Shown here: piece by piece, positions 1 through 7,742 of the stretch
Layout: each line of letters begins with the position of its first letter
Numbering within the stretch: the first letter of the stretch is position 1
Virus genome (UHGV): UHGV-0314758
Length of the DNA: 41,090 nucleotides
Strand: one strand, 5' to 3'
Source of the DNA: a virus
The notes under the pieces: generated by a model
Told to the model about the DNA's origin: nothing
Databases searched by the model: none
What the model saw: the letters and a program-made list of their open reading frames with translations, nothing else
Made by a program: the position numbers and the translations under genes

Positions 1-552
1 ATCACTTGCCACGTAATTTCTTGCAACTACTGTCTGGTCCCAAACCTCGGTATGAACTCCCTCGCGTTGTGCGTCCTCTTCGCTGATAGTGTTCAACCGT
101 TCCACGCGCACGTCGGTGATTTCCAGCAGAATGCGGCTGGCCCAGCGCGGCATGTGGATAGATGGTCGCCAAGGGAATTCGCGGTCCTCTCGGCTTTCAT
201 TGCCCCATGCCTCTTCATAGACCGGATGCCAGTAGTTCCCGCGATGCCTCGGAATGCTTCGTGCATATCGGCGTTCGTCGACGTGCCCGTTTTCATCGCA
301 ATAGTCATGAATGGCCTGCCATGTTTCCCGCACCCAGATGCGGTCGCCGACTGCGCCAAACGGGCATGGGTGCCAAAAATCGCAAGCATGCTCTGCGTCT
401 TCGCTCCACGGCCATTTGCTACCGTCTTCGCGCTCACCAATTTCAGTGAACCGAGTCTGTTTCCATTTGATAGGCCGCCGGGTCTGCGTCTTCCGACCGT
501 CAAGAATGGCCCTCACCATCTCCCCGTTAAAAATCATTCCGCGTTCTTTCAT
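1..552 (-). CDS. ASCH-domain protein (3' end runs off window edge)
   Basis: Minus-strand ORF starting ATG at 552 (MKERGMIFNGEMVRAILDGRKTQTRRPIKW...), with no stop before position 1. The N-terminal motif is typical of prophage ASCH-domain proteins. It is missing from the ORF track because it has no in-window stop. Confidence 0.55.
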   Translation of the reverse strand, partial: MKERGMIFNGEMVRAILDGRKTQTRRPIKWKQTRFTEIGEREDGSKWPWSEDAEHACDFWHPCPFGAVGDRIWVRETWQAIHDYCDENGHVDERRYARSIPRHRGNYWHPVYEEAWGNESREDREFPWRPSIHMPRWASRILLEITDVRVERLNTISEEDAQREGVHTEVWDQTVVARNYVASD

Positions 553-707
553 GCTGCCACCTTCTTGCTATTCAGTTGTTCAGCCACGCGCTGAGCCTTC
601 AGCGGGTTATGGATAACCTGGCCGCCTGGCGCCAGCCAGCCACGGCGCAAGGACGAATAAACCAGCGTGATACTTCCTACGCGAATGCTGTCGTGTGGGT
701 TAGTCAT
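549..707 (-). CDS. small hypothetical protein (52 aa)
   Basis: ATG at 707 (MTNPHDSIRVGSITLVYSSLRRGW...). Its TGA stop overlaps the ASCH start as ATGA, a translational-coupling arrangement. Confidence 0.35.
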   Translation of the reverse strand: MTNPHDSIRVGSITLVYSSLRRGWLAPGGQVIHNPLKAQRVAEQLNSKKVAA

Positions 708-993
708 AAATCACCCCGGCGGTGGCGCAGATCCCGGCATAGCATCCCTGGCGAAGCCGGTTCCCGCGGCCAATGCACTGATCGCGGCGTATAGCGATAC
801 GGGCCCGCTCAACCTCGCCAGTTGCCGCATCCATGCACTCAAGCCAGAGGCGAGCGGCCAGGCGGTACTGGCCTTTGTTCTCGCGAGCAATAGCGCGCTG
901 CTCGATCTCCATTGCCGCCGGCGTTACGGCGACAAGAGGGGGCGCTTTTCTCTGTGAGACATAATCCGCGTGGTATTTTTCCATCCGATTCAT
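700..993 (-). CDS. small hypothetical protein, possible ANR/PerC-like regulator (97 aa)
   Basis: C-terminal part of ORF 700..1230. The likely start is ATG 993 (MNRMEKYHADY...), which has an upstream purine-rich RBS. The upstream part of the long ORF is low-complexity and overlaps the AlpA-like gene. Confidence 0.4.
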   Translation of the reverse strand: MNRMEKYHADYVSQRKAPPLVAVTPAAMEIEQRAIARENKGQYRLAARLWLECMDAATGEVERARIAIRRDQCIGRGNRLRQGCYAGICATAGVIYD

Positions 994-1102
994 CGTATCC
1001 AACCCTCTCGAAAAATGACCGCCAGCAGGAACAGCCAGGCGGATACAGCGGCCAGGTACAGAAACCATCCTGACCACCTTTCCCAGTACCTCGCCAGCGA
1101 CG

Positions 1103-1351
1103 TCACGCCGCGTTACCAACCGGGCGAAATACTCGCTGCTCAACCGGAGGCTTTTTTCCAGCAAACTCTGTGGTGCCGTTCTGCTGACGTTCATCAAGCC
1201 AGCGCTCGATCTCTTCGCTGTTCCAGGCACAGCGCTTGTCTGTGATCCAGAAACGCTTAGGGAACTCCCCGTTTTTCTCCATGCGGTCGATAGTGCTCAT
1301 CGATACAGGCACCACCGCCAGCAGTTCCTTTTTGCCTAATGCACCTTTCAT
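1103..1351 (-). CDS. AlpA/Vis-family phage DNA-binding protein (candidate excisionase/regulator)
   Basis: 82-aa ORF with a strong RBS (GAGAGGTAA) before ATG 1351. The motif ...LLAVVPVSMSTIDRMEKNGEFPKRFWITDKRCAWNSEEIERWLDER resembles the AlpA/Vis winged-helix family that partners with P4-type integrases. Confidence 0.5.
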   Translation of the reverse strand: MKGALGKKELLAVVPVSMSTIDRMEKNGEFPKRFWITDKRCAWNSEEIERWLDERQQNGTTEFAGKKPPVEQRVFRPVGNAA

Positions 1352-1399
1352 CGTTACCTCTCTTTTTTCAGTGCGGCGCGCCCGGCGCCGCGGTGGTGA

Positions 1400-2281
1400 T
1401 TACATAGGGACTTCGTTCAGTTCGTCTTTGCGGATGCCGTATACATCGGTGGCAGCGTCCAGTAACTCCTGGTTACCAGCCAGGCGGTGGGCCGCGTATT
1501 TGTAGGCCTTGTCCAGTTCTGCAACGTTACGAGCCGCCATAGCCGCAGAAGAGAAGCCAGAGAGAATGTCTTCTGGGGCGCGGTCGTCAGTCTTTTTCGC
1601 CTTCTCTTCATGGTGCTGATCGGGGTGCGAATTGATCAGCTGATTCATCCCCGCAGCGGTGCTAGCCGGTGGCGTAATGTCGCGCTCAACACGCGGTGCT
1701 GCTTCCTGCAATTCGTCAGGGGTGTAGACGCCAAGGAGAACATCAGGGGCGTGCAGGCGTGCCCAGCGCTTAACGCACAGGTAAGCCAGTTGCTGACGCG
1801 GATCCTGCTCCCAGAGTGGTGAGTTGCGCACTCCGGCTTGCGCCATGCTGATGGTCAGGGTGCGAGGCTCAGATTCGCCTTTAAGGGTTGCCCACACTGT
1901 CACTGTCAGGCTCGGAGATTTGTCGGTTTTCCCGCTTACTTTTGACCAGTCGCCATCCCATTTGTAGTTCAGGCGAGTGGCCAGAAGGTTTGAGGAAGAG
2001 ACAACCGCATTAACCAGTTGCGCTTCATAGCCCAGCGTGCCGTTAACCACATGGGTTTTCTGCGCCACCGCGAACGGGTTCATTCCCCACTGCGCCGCCT
2101 GCATAGTGACTGCCAGGCAATCAGCTGGCTTTCCAGCGAGGTGCGCCGGAACGGTGGCTTTGCTGTCAGCCATCAGGGTGGCAAATCGCACCAGGCGATC
2201 CATCCCTTCCGGGCTGAAGATTGCCGCGGCGGTGCCGACGGTAGCACCAGGCTGAGAAGTGATTGCGATATCGTTGCTCAT
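1400..2281 (-). CDS. recT: RecT-family single-strand annealing recombinase
   Basis: 293 aa with typical RecT/Bet family sequence (…NPFAVAQKTHVVNGTLGYEAQLVNAVV…). Its start overlaps the stop of the upstream exonuclease gene. Confidence 0.85.
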   Translation of the reverse strand: MSNDIAITSQPGATVGTAAAIFSPEGMDRLVRFATLMADSKATVPAHLAGKPADCLAVTMQAAQWGMNPFAVAQKTHVVNGTLGYEAQLVNAVVSSSNLLATRLNYKWDGDWSKVSGKTDKSPSLTVTVWATLKGESEPRTLTISMAQAGVRNSPLWEQDPRQQLAYLCVKRWARLHAPDVLLGVYTPDELQEAAPRVERDITPPASTAAGMNQLINSHPDQHHEEKAKKTDDRAPEDILSGFSSAAMAARNVAELDKAYKYAAHRLAGNQELLDAATDVYGIRKDELNEVPM

Positions 2282-3099
2282 ACGTACATATCCTGTTTAC
2301 GTGCCCACTCAGGGCGTTTAATAACTTCAAATCCACCCCAGTCGCCTGTTTCGCGGCACTGGTGATAGGTATTCAGATCCCGGCGGTAGAGCGCGTGTCC
2401 TGTGTCCACGTCCTGAGCATCCAGTTCGAACACCCGCACCGGGTAGCGGCCGCAGTCAATGGTTTCGCTCACTGCCAGGAAGAAGAATCCATGTGGATCG
2501 CCGGTGGTTTGCTGCGCGCCTTCGCGGTACATCGCGTCCTGTACGTGGTACCGGAATTCCTCAATGTGGCGCGAGAAACGCTCCATATCGGCAACCTTCT
2601 TCACGTCCAGCAGGACAGGGTGATTCTTCAGGCGCTTGTCCGGGCGTATGCGGCACAGCTCGCCAGTCTCCGGATCCGTCCAGTAGTGGGAGGCTTCGCA
2701 GAATCCTTCCGCCTCAAGCAGCCAGCGCGCTGCCGGGTGCGCCATTGCGCTATCACGCATCAGCTTCAACTGACGATCCTGCTCCGCCTCCATAACTGTT
2801 TTCCCGCTCCCCTCGCAATCCTTCATGAAAGCTGCTTCATCAGCTTTCCCCTGGTTTGTTCGGCGGTTAAAGGTTGGTGCCACGATGAAGCGCTTATCGA
2901 ACTCTTCCGGCTCCAGAAGAAGGCAGTGCAGAGCCGTCCCCATATCCAGAGCTTTCAACTTTTCGGTATCGACCGGTGCTGATTTCTGCCACTGCAGAAG
3001 GGCCGGGCTCAACGCCACCATATCCAGCTGCGACTTACTCACGCCGTCGCCGGCGTGGTAGTCCTCGTTGCTGATGTCGAAGTAAATGCCTGGCTTCAT
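2278..3099 (-). CDS. PD-(D/E)XK exonuclease, YqaJ/RecE-like (partner of RecT)
   Basis: 273 aa beginning MKPGIYFDISNEDYHAGDGVSKSQL, matching the YqaJ viral recombinase exonuclease family. Sits immediately upstream of RecT in the same operon. Confidence 0.8.
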   Translation of the reverse strand: MKPGIYFDISNEDYHAGDGVSKSQLDMVALSPALLQWQKSAPVDTEKLKALDMGTALHCLLLEPEEFDKRFIVAPTFNRRTNQGKADEAAFMKDCEGSGKTVMEAEQDRQLKLMRDSAMAHPAARWLLEAEGFCEASHYWTDPETGELCRIRPDKRLKNHPVLLDVKKVADMERFSRHIEEFRYHVQDAMYREGAQQTTGDPHGFFFLAVSETIDCGRYPVRVFELDAQDVDTGHALYRRDLNTYHQCRETGDWGGFEVIKRPEWARKQDMYV

Positions 3100-3500
3100 G
3101 CCGCATTCCTCGCCGTATCCAGCTGGTCAGCCAGATCCCACTTGGCAATGATGCCGGTCAGTTCCCGCTGATACGCGGCCAGGCATTCTTCAAACTCAGA
3201 GCTCATCATCAGCTCTTCCAGGATCTCGCTGCGCACGCCTTTGCGCTCCAGCTCGTAGAATGGCTTTTGCAGCTGATGAAACTTGATCGCGTCGATAAGT
3301 TCGACGTGGCGCTCGTACAGCATCTGGTTAAGCTGGTAGTCGCCATCGATGTTGTTCATGATTTTTTTCAGGTTGTTAATCTGCTGAATGTTCACTTGCT
3401 CACCCCCATACCCATTTCCGTTTTTGCTGCCAGTTTGCTGACGAACGCCCAGCTGATTGCTTCCGGCAGCGTGCGAAACTTCCAGCTCATCAGCCCGCAT
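3096..3500 (-). CDS. hypothetical protein (first gene of leftward early operon)
   Basis: 134-aa ORF. The N-terminal 50 aa are G/N/Q-rich low complexity and the start site is uncertain. Its position corresponds to lambda N. Confidence 0.4.
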   Translation of the reverse strand: MRADELEVSHAAGSNQLGVRQQTGSKNGNGYGGEQVNIQQINNLKKIMNNIDGDYQLNQMLYERHVELIDAIKFHQLQKPFYELERKGVRSEILEELMMSSEFEECLAAYQRELTGIIAKWDLADQLDTARNAA

Positions 3501-3554
3501 GCTGTAACGCAGTACCAGCCGTTAATGATTTGCCATTGCATACACACCTCACTA

Positions 3555-3568
3555 TTACCATTTGGTAA
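3555..3568. promoter_or_regulatory. operator-like palindrome TTACC-ATTT-GGTAA (OL cluster, 4-bp spacer variant)
   Basis: Direct read of the sequence. One of three sites between the repressor gene end and the leftward operon. Confidence 0.55.
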
Positions 3569-3628
3569 ATATCAGGGGTATGAGAAAGCCACCCGGTGGT
3601 GGATTTCTGGTAATTCAACGCCCTGCTG

Positions 3629-3643
3629 TTACCGTTAAGGTAA
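3629..3643. promoter_or_regulatory. operator-like palindrome TTACCGTTAAGGTAA (OL cluster)
   Basis: Perfect TTACC-N5-GGTAA followed by TAATAAT. An extra GGTAA half-site lies at 3609-3613. Confidence 0.6.
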
Positions 3644-3691
3644 TAATCTGATCAATTTATGGTTGTGTCAATAGATTTGATGAGGAAAAGT

Positions 3692-3706
3692 TTACCATTT
3701 TGGTAA
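3692..3706. promoter_or_regulatory. operator-like palindrome TTACCATTTTGGTAA (OL cluster)
   Basis: Perfect TTACC-N5-GGTAA. Confidence 0.6.
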
Positions 3707-3761
3707 GTGCATGAGGCGCGGGGAGTTATCCCACTGGCAGGAGTAACAGGTAGGTTAGAGG

Positions 3762-4343
3762 TTACTGGTTCTGGCTGACGATGAACTTGATGAAGGCGGC
3801 GATCTTGTTTTTCTCTTCCTGCGGCAGCCCGGCGTATTCATGGTGGTCATAGTCAATCAGACCAGCATTACCAGGCGGAAGGATCAGCTCATATGCATCG
3901 CGGCCGAACGCCCTGGCGATAGCCGACAGTACGCCAATGCTGGTGGAGCCTTCGCAGTTCAGGATGCGATTTACGGTCGCCTGGCCGATACCGGCCGCTT
4001 CCGAAACCTTTTTCTCTGAGTTCAGATCCGGATGCTGTCCCATCCATACACCCAGGGTAAACGCTGCCTGCTTTTCCACACTCCATTCCTGCGGGTCGAT
4101 AATCTCCGGCAGCGTCGGGGTATCTGACAGATGGTCGATATCCAGCCAGAACCGACCTTTCCCGGCGAACGACTCGATCTCGCGTGCCGCGTTGGCGCCG
4201 ATATTTTTTGTCCCTTTGCTCCACCTGTTAACGAGGTTAGCTGATTTTTTGATTCTCTCGGCAAACCGGAGTTGCGTGTTATCGAAATCCTTCCGGATTA
4301 TCTCATTGAGGTTGTCGCGTCTTATGTCGTAGATGCTTTTCAT
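3762..4343 (-). CDS. CI-like prophage repressor with two XRE-type HTH domains and no S24 peptidase domain
   Basis: 193 aa. HTH 1 is ...LRFAERIKKSANLVNRWSKG... and HTH 2 is ...VSEAAGIGQATVNRILNCEGSTSIGVLSAIARAFG.... There is no Ala-Gly/Ser-Lys autocleavage module. It is divergent from a cro-like gene and flanked by operator clusters. The start has no SD, as for a PRM-type leaderless transcript. Confidence 0.7.
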   Translation of the reverse strand: MKSIYDIRRDNLNEIIRKDFDNTQLRFAERIKKSANLVNRWSKGTKNIGANAAREIESFAGKGRFWLDIDHLSDTPTLPEIIDPQEWSVEKQAAFTLGVWMGQHPDLNSEKKVSEAAGIGQATVNRILNCEGSTSIGVLSAIARAFGRDAYELILPPGNAGLIDYDHHEYAGLPQEEKNKIAAFIKFIVSQNQ

Positions 4344-4396
4344 TTCTATTTTTTTAGCCTGAAATTGTTACCTAACTGATTAAATTTAATAGAATA

Positions 4397-4411
4397 TTAC
4401 CATAAAGGTAA
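4397..4411. promoter_or_regulatory. operator-like palindrome TTACCATAAAGGTAA (OR cluster)
   Basis: Perfect palindrome within the repressor/cro divergent region. Confidence 0.6.
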
Positions 4412-4413
4412 AC

Positions 4414-4428
4414 TTACCAAAAAGGTAA
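4414..4428. promoter_or_regulatory. operator-like palindrome TTACCAAAAAGGTAA (OR cluster)
   Basis: Perfect palindrome, 17 bp centre-to-centre from the previous site. Confidence 0.6.
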
Positions 4429-4434
4429 CAGTCA

Positions 4435-4463
4435 TTGATTTTTACACCAGATTGGTAATAATC
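4435..4463 (+). promoter_or_regulatory. candidate rightward early promoter (PR-like) with degenerate operator
   Basis: -35 TTGATT (4435-4440), 17-bp spacer, extended -10 TGGTAATAATC (4453-4463). The spacer ACACCAGATTGGTAA (4444-4458) is a degenerate half-palindrome. Confidence 0.45.
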
Positions 4464-4497
4464 AGGCTGTCTAAAGTTAGTCCGGGACTAAAAAAAT

Positions 4498-4731
4498 ATG
4501 AGCGATGTGCAAAAATTTGACTTCAAACGCTGCTGGCTCGACCTCTCGCCGGCTGAGCGAGAAGAGTTCGCAAGTGACGCCGGCACGACCAGCCACTACA
4601 TTCAGGTTCACCTGACTGGCCGTAGAAGAATTCCACGTAAGCCTCTGTTAGAAAGACTGTTTAAAGCCTGCAAATCCCGTAATTGGATCTCCGCAAAATC
4701 CGACCTGGTCCTCTGGTTCCACGAACGTTAA
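4498..4731 (+). CDS. Cro-like HTH protein (YdaS/Cro family)
   Basis: 77 aa, divergent from the repressor. The motif LSPAEREEFASDAGTTSHYIQVHLTGRRRIPRKP resembles the YdaS/Cro-type HTH. Confidence 0.55.
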   Translation: MSDVQKFDFKRCWLDLSPAEREEFASDAGTTSHYIQVHLTGRRRIPRKPLLERLFKACKSRNWISAKSDLVLWFHER

Positions 4732-4784
4732 TCCTCAAAACTCACCCTCGCCGCCACCCCCAGGCGGCTCCTGCCTCTCCCTGT

Positions 4785-4803
4785 ACACCAATTTGGTAAT
4801 AAT
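4785..4803 (+). promoter_or_regulatory. promoter-like element ACACCAATTTGGTAATAAT (degenerate operator plus extended -10)
   Basis: Same TACACCA-N-TTGGTAATAAT architecture as 4444-4463. Lies between the cro-like gene and the next gene. Confidence 0.35.
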
Positions 4804-4878
4804 TATCCAAATACGGTTGATCTTTTTTTGGCTTGCTGCAAAATTACCGTAACCACAACCAGAGTGAGACAGGAACTA

Positions 4879-5087
4879 TGGAGATCATTACTCGCGTCGA
4901 AGCGGCAAAGGCAGGACTAAAGCGCTACTACACCGGTAAGCAATGTAAGCACGGCCATGACAGTGAGCGATGGGTATACAACGGGCATTGTGTCGAATGC
5001 ACCCTCGAGACTAACCGCCGCCGCCATGCTGAGATAAAACGGCTAATGCATGAGGCCTCAAAAGGTAATGCCGTGGAGGTGATCTGA
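4879..5087 (+). CDS. small zinc-finger protein (cII-position gene)
   Basis: ATG 4879 with an AGGA RBS (MEIITRVEAAKAGLKRYYTGKQCKHGHDSERWVYNGHCVEC...). The C-X5-H...C-X2-C spacing suggests a treble-clef Zn site. Confidence 0.5.
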
Positions 5088-5854
5088 TGGCCCGCATTCG
5101 CACCATTAAGCCCGAGTTCTGGACCGATGAAGACATGGCAGAGGTATCAGAACCAGCCTGCTTGCTGGCTATTGGTCTGCTTAATTACGCAGATGATGAA
5201 GGCTATTTCAATGCAAACCCGAAGCTTATCAAAGCTGCAGTTTTCCCTATCCGAGAACCATCCGTTCCTATTCCGGTACTAATACGGGAGCTTTCCAACT
5301 GTGGTTATTTATCCATGTTTTCCACCCCTGATGGCAAGCATTTTGGGGTCATAACGAATTTCCTTAAACATCAGGTAGTGAATAAGCCAAAAGAAAGCAA
5401 AATCAAATGTTTACCCCTAGTACCGTATGAGTACGGTACTGATACGGTACAAGTACCATTAGGAATGGATCAGGGATCAGGGATCAGGGAAATAAAAACC
5501 CCTCTCTCTGCGCGCGAAGTAATTCAAGTCCCTCCGGTTGTCGTTGATGGTATCGGAGAGCCAATTGGCAAATTCACCATGCATGAAAACTGGAAGCCGT
5601 CAGAGGACTTTGTCATGCGCGCCAGAACATGGGGCCATGCGCTACCAGCTGACGGTTACAAGAAATCAGACCTGATCGAATTCATCACCTACTGGATGGC
5701 AGAAGGCAATGTGATGCAACACGTGCAGTGGGAGCAGAAGTTTGCCCGGCTGCTGATGAACAGGAAAAAAAGAGCGGCAGGAAAGCGCGGTGAAAGCTCT
5801 GACGATGAAGTACCACACTGGAACAGCCCTGAAGGCTGGAAGGATTTCTTATGA
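5087..5854 (+). CDS. replication initiation protein, DUF1376 (YdaU-like) N-terminus plus DnaT-like C-terminal domain
   Basis: MARIRTIKPEFWTDEDM... at the N-terminus. The C-terminus (...FTMHENWKPSEDFVMRARTWGHALPADGYKKSDLIEFITYWMAEGNVMQHVQWEQKFARLLMN) resembles the DnaT ssDNA-binding domain. Sits immediately upstream of the P-like gene. Confidence 0.65.
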   Translation: MARIRTIKPEFWTDEDMAEVSEPACLLAIGLLNYADDEGYFNANPKLIKAAVFPIREPSVPIPVLIRELSNCGYLSMFSTPDGKHFGVITNFLKHQVVNKPKESKIKCLPLVPYEYGTDTVQVPLGMDQGSGIREIKTPLSAREVIQVPPVVVDGIGEPIGKFTMHENWKPSEDFVMRARTWGHALPADGYKKSDLIEFITYWMAEGNVMQHVQWEQKFARLLMNRKKRAAGKRGESSDDEVPHWNSPEGWKDFL

Positions 5855-6636
5855 GTAACGTATTCGCAGCAATTCAGAATCGTGATGCCGGCGCCCTGGC
5901 TCGCATGATGGGGCCGGACAATCACCAGGCTCAGCAAGACAATGTTGTGAACATCAGCGCAGAGAGACTTGTCGATGCCCTGTTTAAACAGCTCAAGCAA
6001 CTGTTTCCGGCAGCAGAGCAGACCAACCTTAAGACCGCACAGCAGGAGACCGACGCTAAGCGCCAGTGGATCGCCGCTTTCGCCGAAGGTGGTATCCGTA
6101 CCCGCGAGCAGGTATCAGCAGGAATGCGCCATGCCCGTGCCAGTGAATCACCGTTCTGGCCGTCACCAGGTCAATTCATCAAGTGGTGCAAAGACAGCAA
6201 GATGGTGCTTGGCGTGAGCATCGAAGATGTGATGGGGGAGTTTCACCGCTACGCCAAGGAGAAAAGCCTACAGCCTGGCGGACCAGAACAATTCCCGTGG
6301 CGCCACCCTGTCATGTACTGGATTGTGTGCGATACCAGGCGCGCGATGTACCAGCGTCAGTTAAGTGAGATTGAGGTTGAGAAACATGTGCGTAAGCTTC
6401 TTGACGAATGGGCATCAAAGGTCGCGGCAGGTCATCAGATACCTGATCCGATTCTGAGCATCCAGTCGAAGCCAGAGCCTATAAGCACCCCTCCAGACCC
6501 CGGTGGCAATACCTACCATCCACCAGGTCGAAGCTTCGGATGCATGCCTAACGCGGCGACACTCGGAGGTATAACCCCGGCACAGTGGCTGATGGAGGAA
6601 TACCGGCGAGGGAAGGCAGCAGGACTCATCAAGTAA
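5851..6636 (+). CDS. lambda P-like replication protein (DnaB helicase loader)
   Basis: RQWIAAFAEGGIRTREQVSAGMRHARASESPFWPSPGQFIKWC aligns closely with lambda P (RQWVLAFRENGITTMEQVNAGMRVARRQNRPFLPSPGQFVAWC). Confidence 0.85.
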   Translation: MSNVFAAIQNRDAGALARMMGPDNHQAQQDNVVNISAERLVDALFKQLKQLFPAAEQTNLKTAQQETDAKRQWIAAFAEGGIRTREQVSAGMRHARASESPFWPSPGQFIKWCKDSKMVLGVSIEDVMGEFHRYAKEKSLQPGGPEQFPWRHPVMYWIVCDTRRAMYQRQLSEIEVEKHVRKLLDEWASKVAAGHQIPDPILSIQSKPEPISTPPDPGGNTYHPPGRSFGCMPNAATLGGITPAQWLMEEYRRGKAAGLIK

Positions 6637-6673
6637 TACCGGCGCGGAAGCGCGTTTTTTTACGCCTTAATGT

Positions 6674-6688
6674 TTACCAAAAGGGTAA
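6674..6688. promoter_or_regulatory. operator-like palindrome TTACCAAAAGGGTAA
   Basis: Perfect palindrome, 6 nt upstream of a 16-codon mini-ORF (6695-6745, MRKTIDIDPFMVINYQ). Confidence 0.5.
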
Positions 6689-6735
6689 TAAAATATGCGC
6701 AAGACTATTGATATTGATCCGTTTATGGTTATAAA

Positions 6736-6750
6736 TTACCAATAAGGTAA
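6736..6750. promoter_or_regulatory. operator-like palindrome TTACCAATAAGGTAA
   Basis: Perfect palindrome, 5 nt upstream of ATG 6756. The GGTAA half probably doubles as the SD. Confidence 0.5.
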
Positions 6751-6755
6751 AAATC

Positions 6756-7103
6756 ATGCGAAAGACACTACAGGCACTTGGCCGGCTTAAAGCTGGCCAG
6801 ATGAACAAAACCGAAACGGCGTATGCGCAAGAGCTTGAACTGCGTAGGCGCTACGGGGAAATCGCCTGGTACCGGTTCGAAGGCATCAAGCTGCGTCTGG
6901 CTGACAACACGTTCTACACGCCTGACTTCGCCGTGATGCTGGCAAACGGCCAACTGGAAATGCACGAAGTGAAGGGGGGTTACTGGACCGAAGATGCCAG
7001 GGTGAAAACCAAAGTCGCCGCCGACCAGTACCCATTCCGGATCATCGGAGTAACGAAGCTCCCGGCAAAAGCCGGCGGCGGGTGGAAGGTCGAAGAGTTC
7101 TAA
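6756..7103 (+). CDS. DUF1064-family protein (PD-(D/E)XK-like fold)
   Basis: 115 aa containing ...YTPDFAVMLANGQLEMHEVKGGYWTEDARVKTK..., which gives D...E-x-K, matching the phage DUF1064 family. Confidence 0.55.
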   Translation: MRKTLQALGRLKAGQMNKTETAYAQELELRRRYGEIAWYRFEGIKLRLADNTFYTPDFAVMLANGQLEMHEVKGGYWTEDARVKTKVAADQYPFRIIGVTKLPAKAGGGWKVEEF

Positions 7104-7165
7104 AACAACGATCTTCATTGATATCAATTGAATCAATAAGTTAAACGGGTAAGCGGGGGTAAGTA

Positions 7166-7300
7166 TGGATTTCGATTTCGTGAATTACAGTCGTCGGTCA
7201 CTGCTGCTGTTCGTGATGGTGGCAAACATCATTGGGTGGGTGGCAATCATCGCCGTCCTGTATGTGGCTTATCTGGCGATCGAGTGGGTGGCGGCATGAA
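7166..7300 (+). CDS. small hydrophobic membrane protein (44 aa)
   Basis: RBS GGGGGTAAG precedes ATG 7166. The product MDFDFVNYSRRSLLLFVMVANIIGWVAIIAVLYVAYLAIEWVAA has one predicted TM helix. Its stop overlaps the next start as ATGA. Confidence 0.4.
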
Positions 7301-7742
7301 CATCGAAACAGTAAACGAGCTCATCGCCTCCCTGGAGTCAGCAGGCGAGCTGTCGATCAGAGAGCAGAAGTTCCTGAAGCTGGCTAAAGCGTACCAGCAG
7401 CTGGCTGCGGAGAATGCGGGGCTGAAGGCTGGCATTGCAGAAGAAATTGAAGTTATCAATCGTGGCGGTCAGGCGTACTGCGTGAAGGACGGCATGTCCA
7501 TAAACCCGATATATGCGCGCGGATGGAATGACCACCGGGCTAATTTGGCAGCGGAAAAAACCCCCGCCACCGATCGCATCGTAGCCGGGATTAAGGCTGA
7601 TGGGGTGGCGTTGGTTAAGTCTGCATTTGAGATGCATATCCAGTCTGCATCCTGCTATCAGGATGAAATTGTTGGAATGGAATCAGCGATGAGCATTGCA
7701 TGCCAAGTAGAGTCGCAGCTGCGCGAGGGGGCCGACAAATGA
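7296..7742 (+). CDS. hypothetical protein
   Basis: ATG 7296 (MNIETVNELIASLESAG...). The ORF track's 7236 start is a non-ATG upstream extension. Confidence 0.5.
   Translation: MNIETVNELIASLESAGELSIREQKFLKLAKAYQQLAAENAGLKAGIAEEIEVINRGGQAYCVKDGMSINPIYARGWNDHRANLAAEKTPATDRIVAGIKADGVALVKSAFEMHIQSASCYQDEIVGMESAMSIACQVESQLREGADK

Noticed and set aside
700-1230. Full-length 176-aa version of the ORF upstream of the ANR-like protein
   Set aside because: The N-terminal 80 aa are low-complexity and overlap the better-supported AlpA-like gene (1103..1351) in another frame. Only the 97-aa C-terminal part, from ATG 993, was kept.
4844-4852. TTACCGTAA as another operator copy
   Set aside because: The two half-sites overlap with no spacer, so it does not fit the TTACC-N5-GGTAA geometry. 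It is left as a half-site only.
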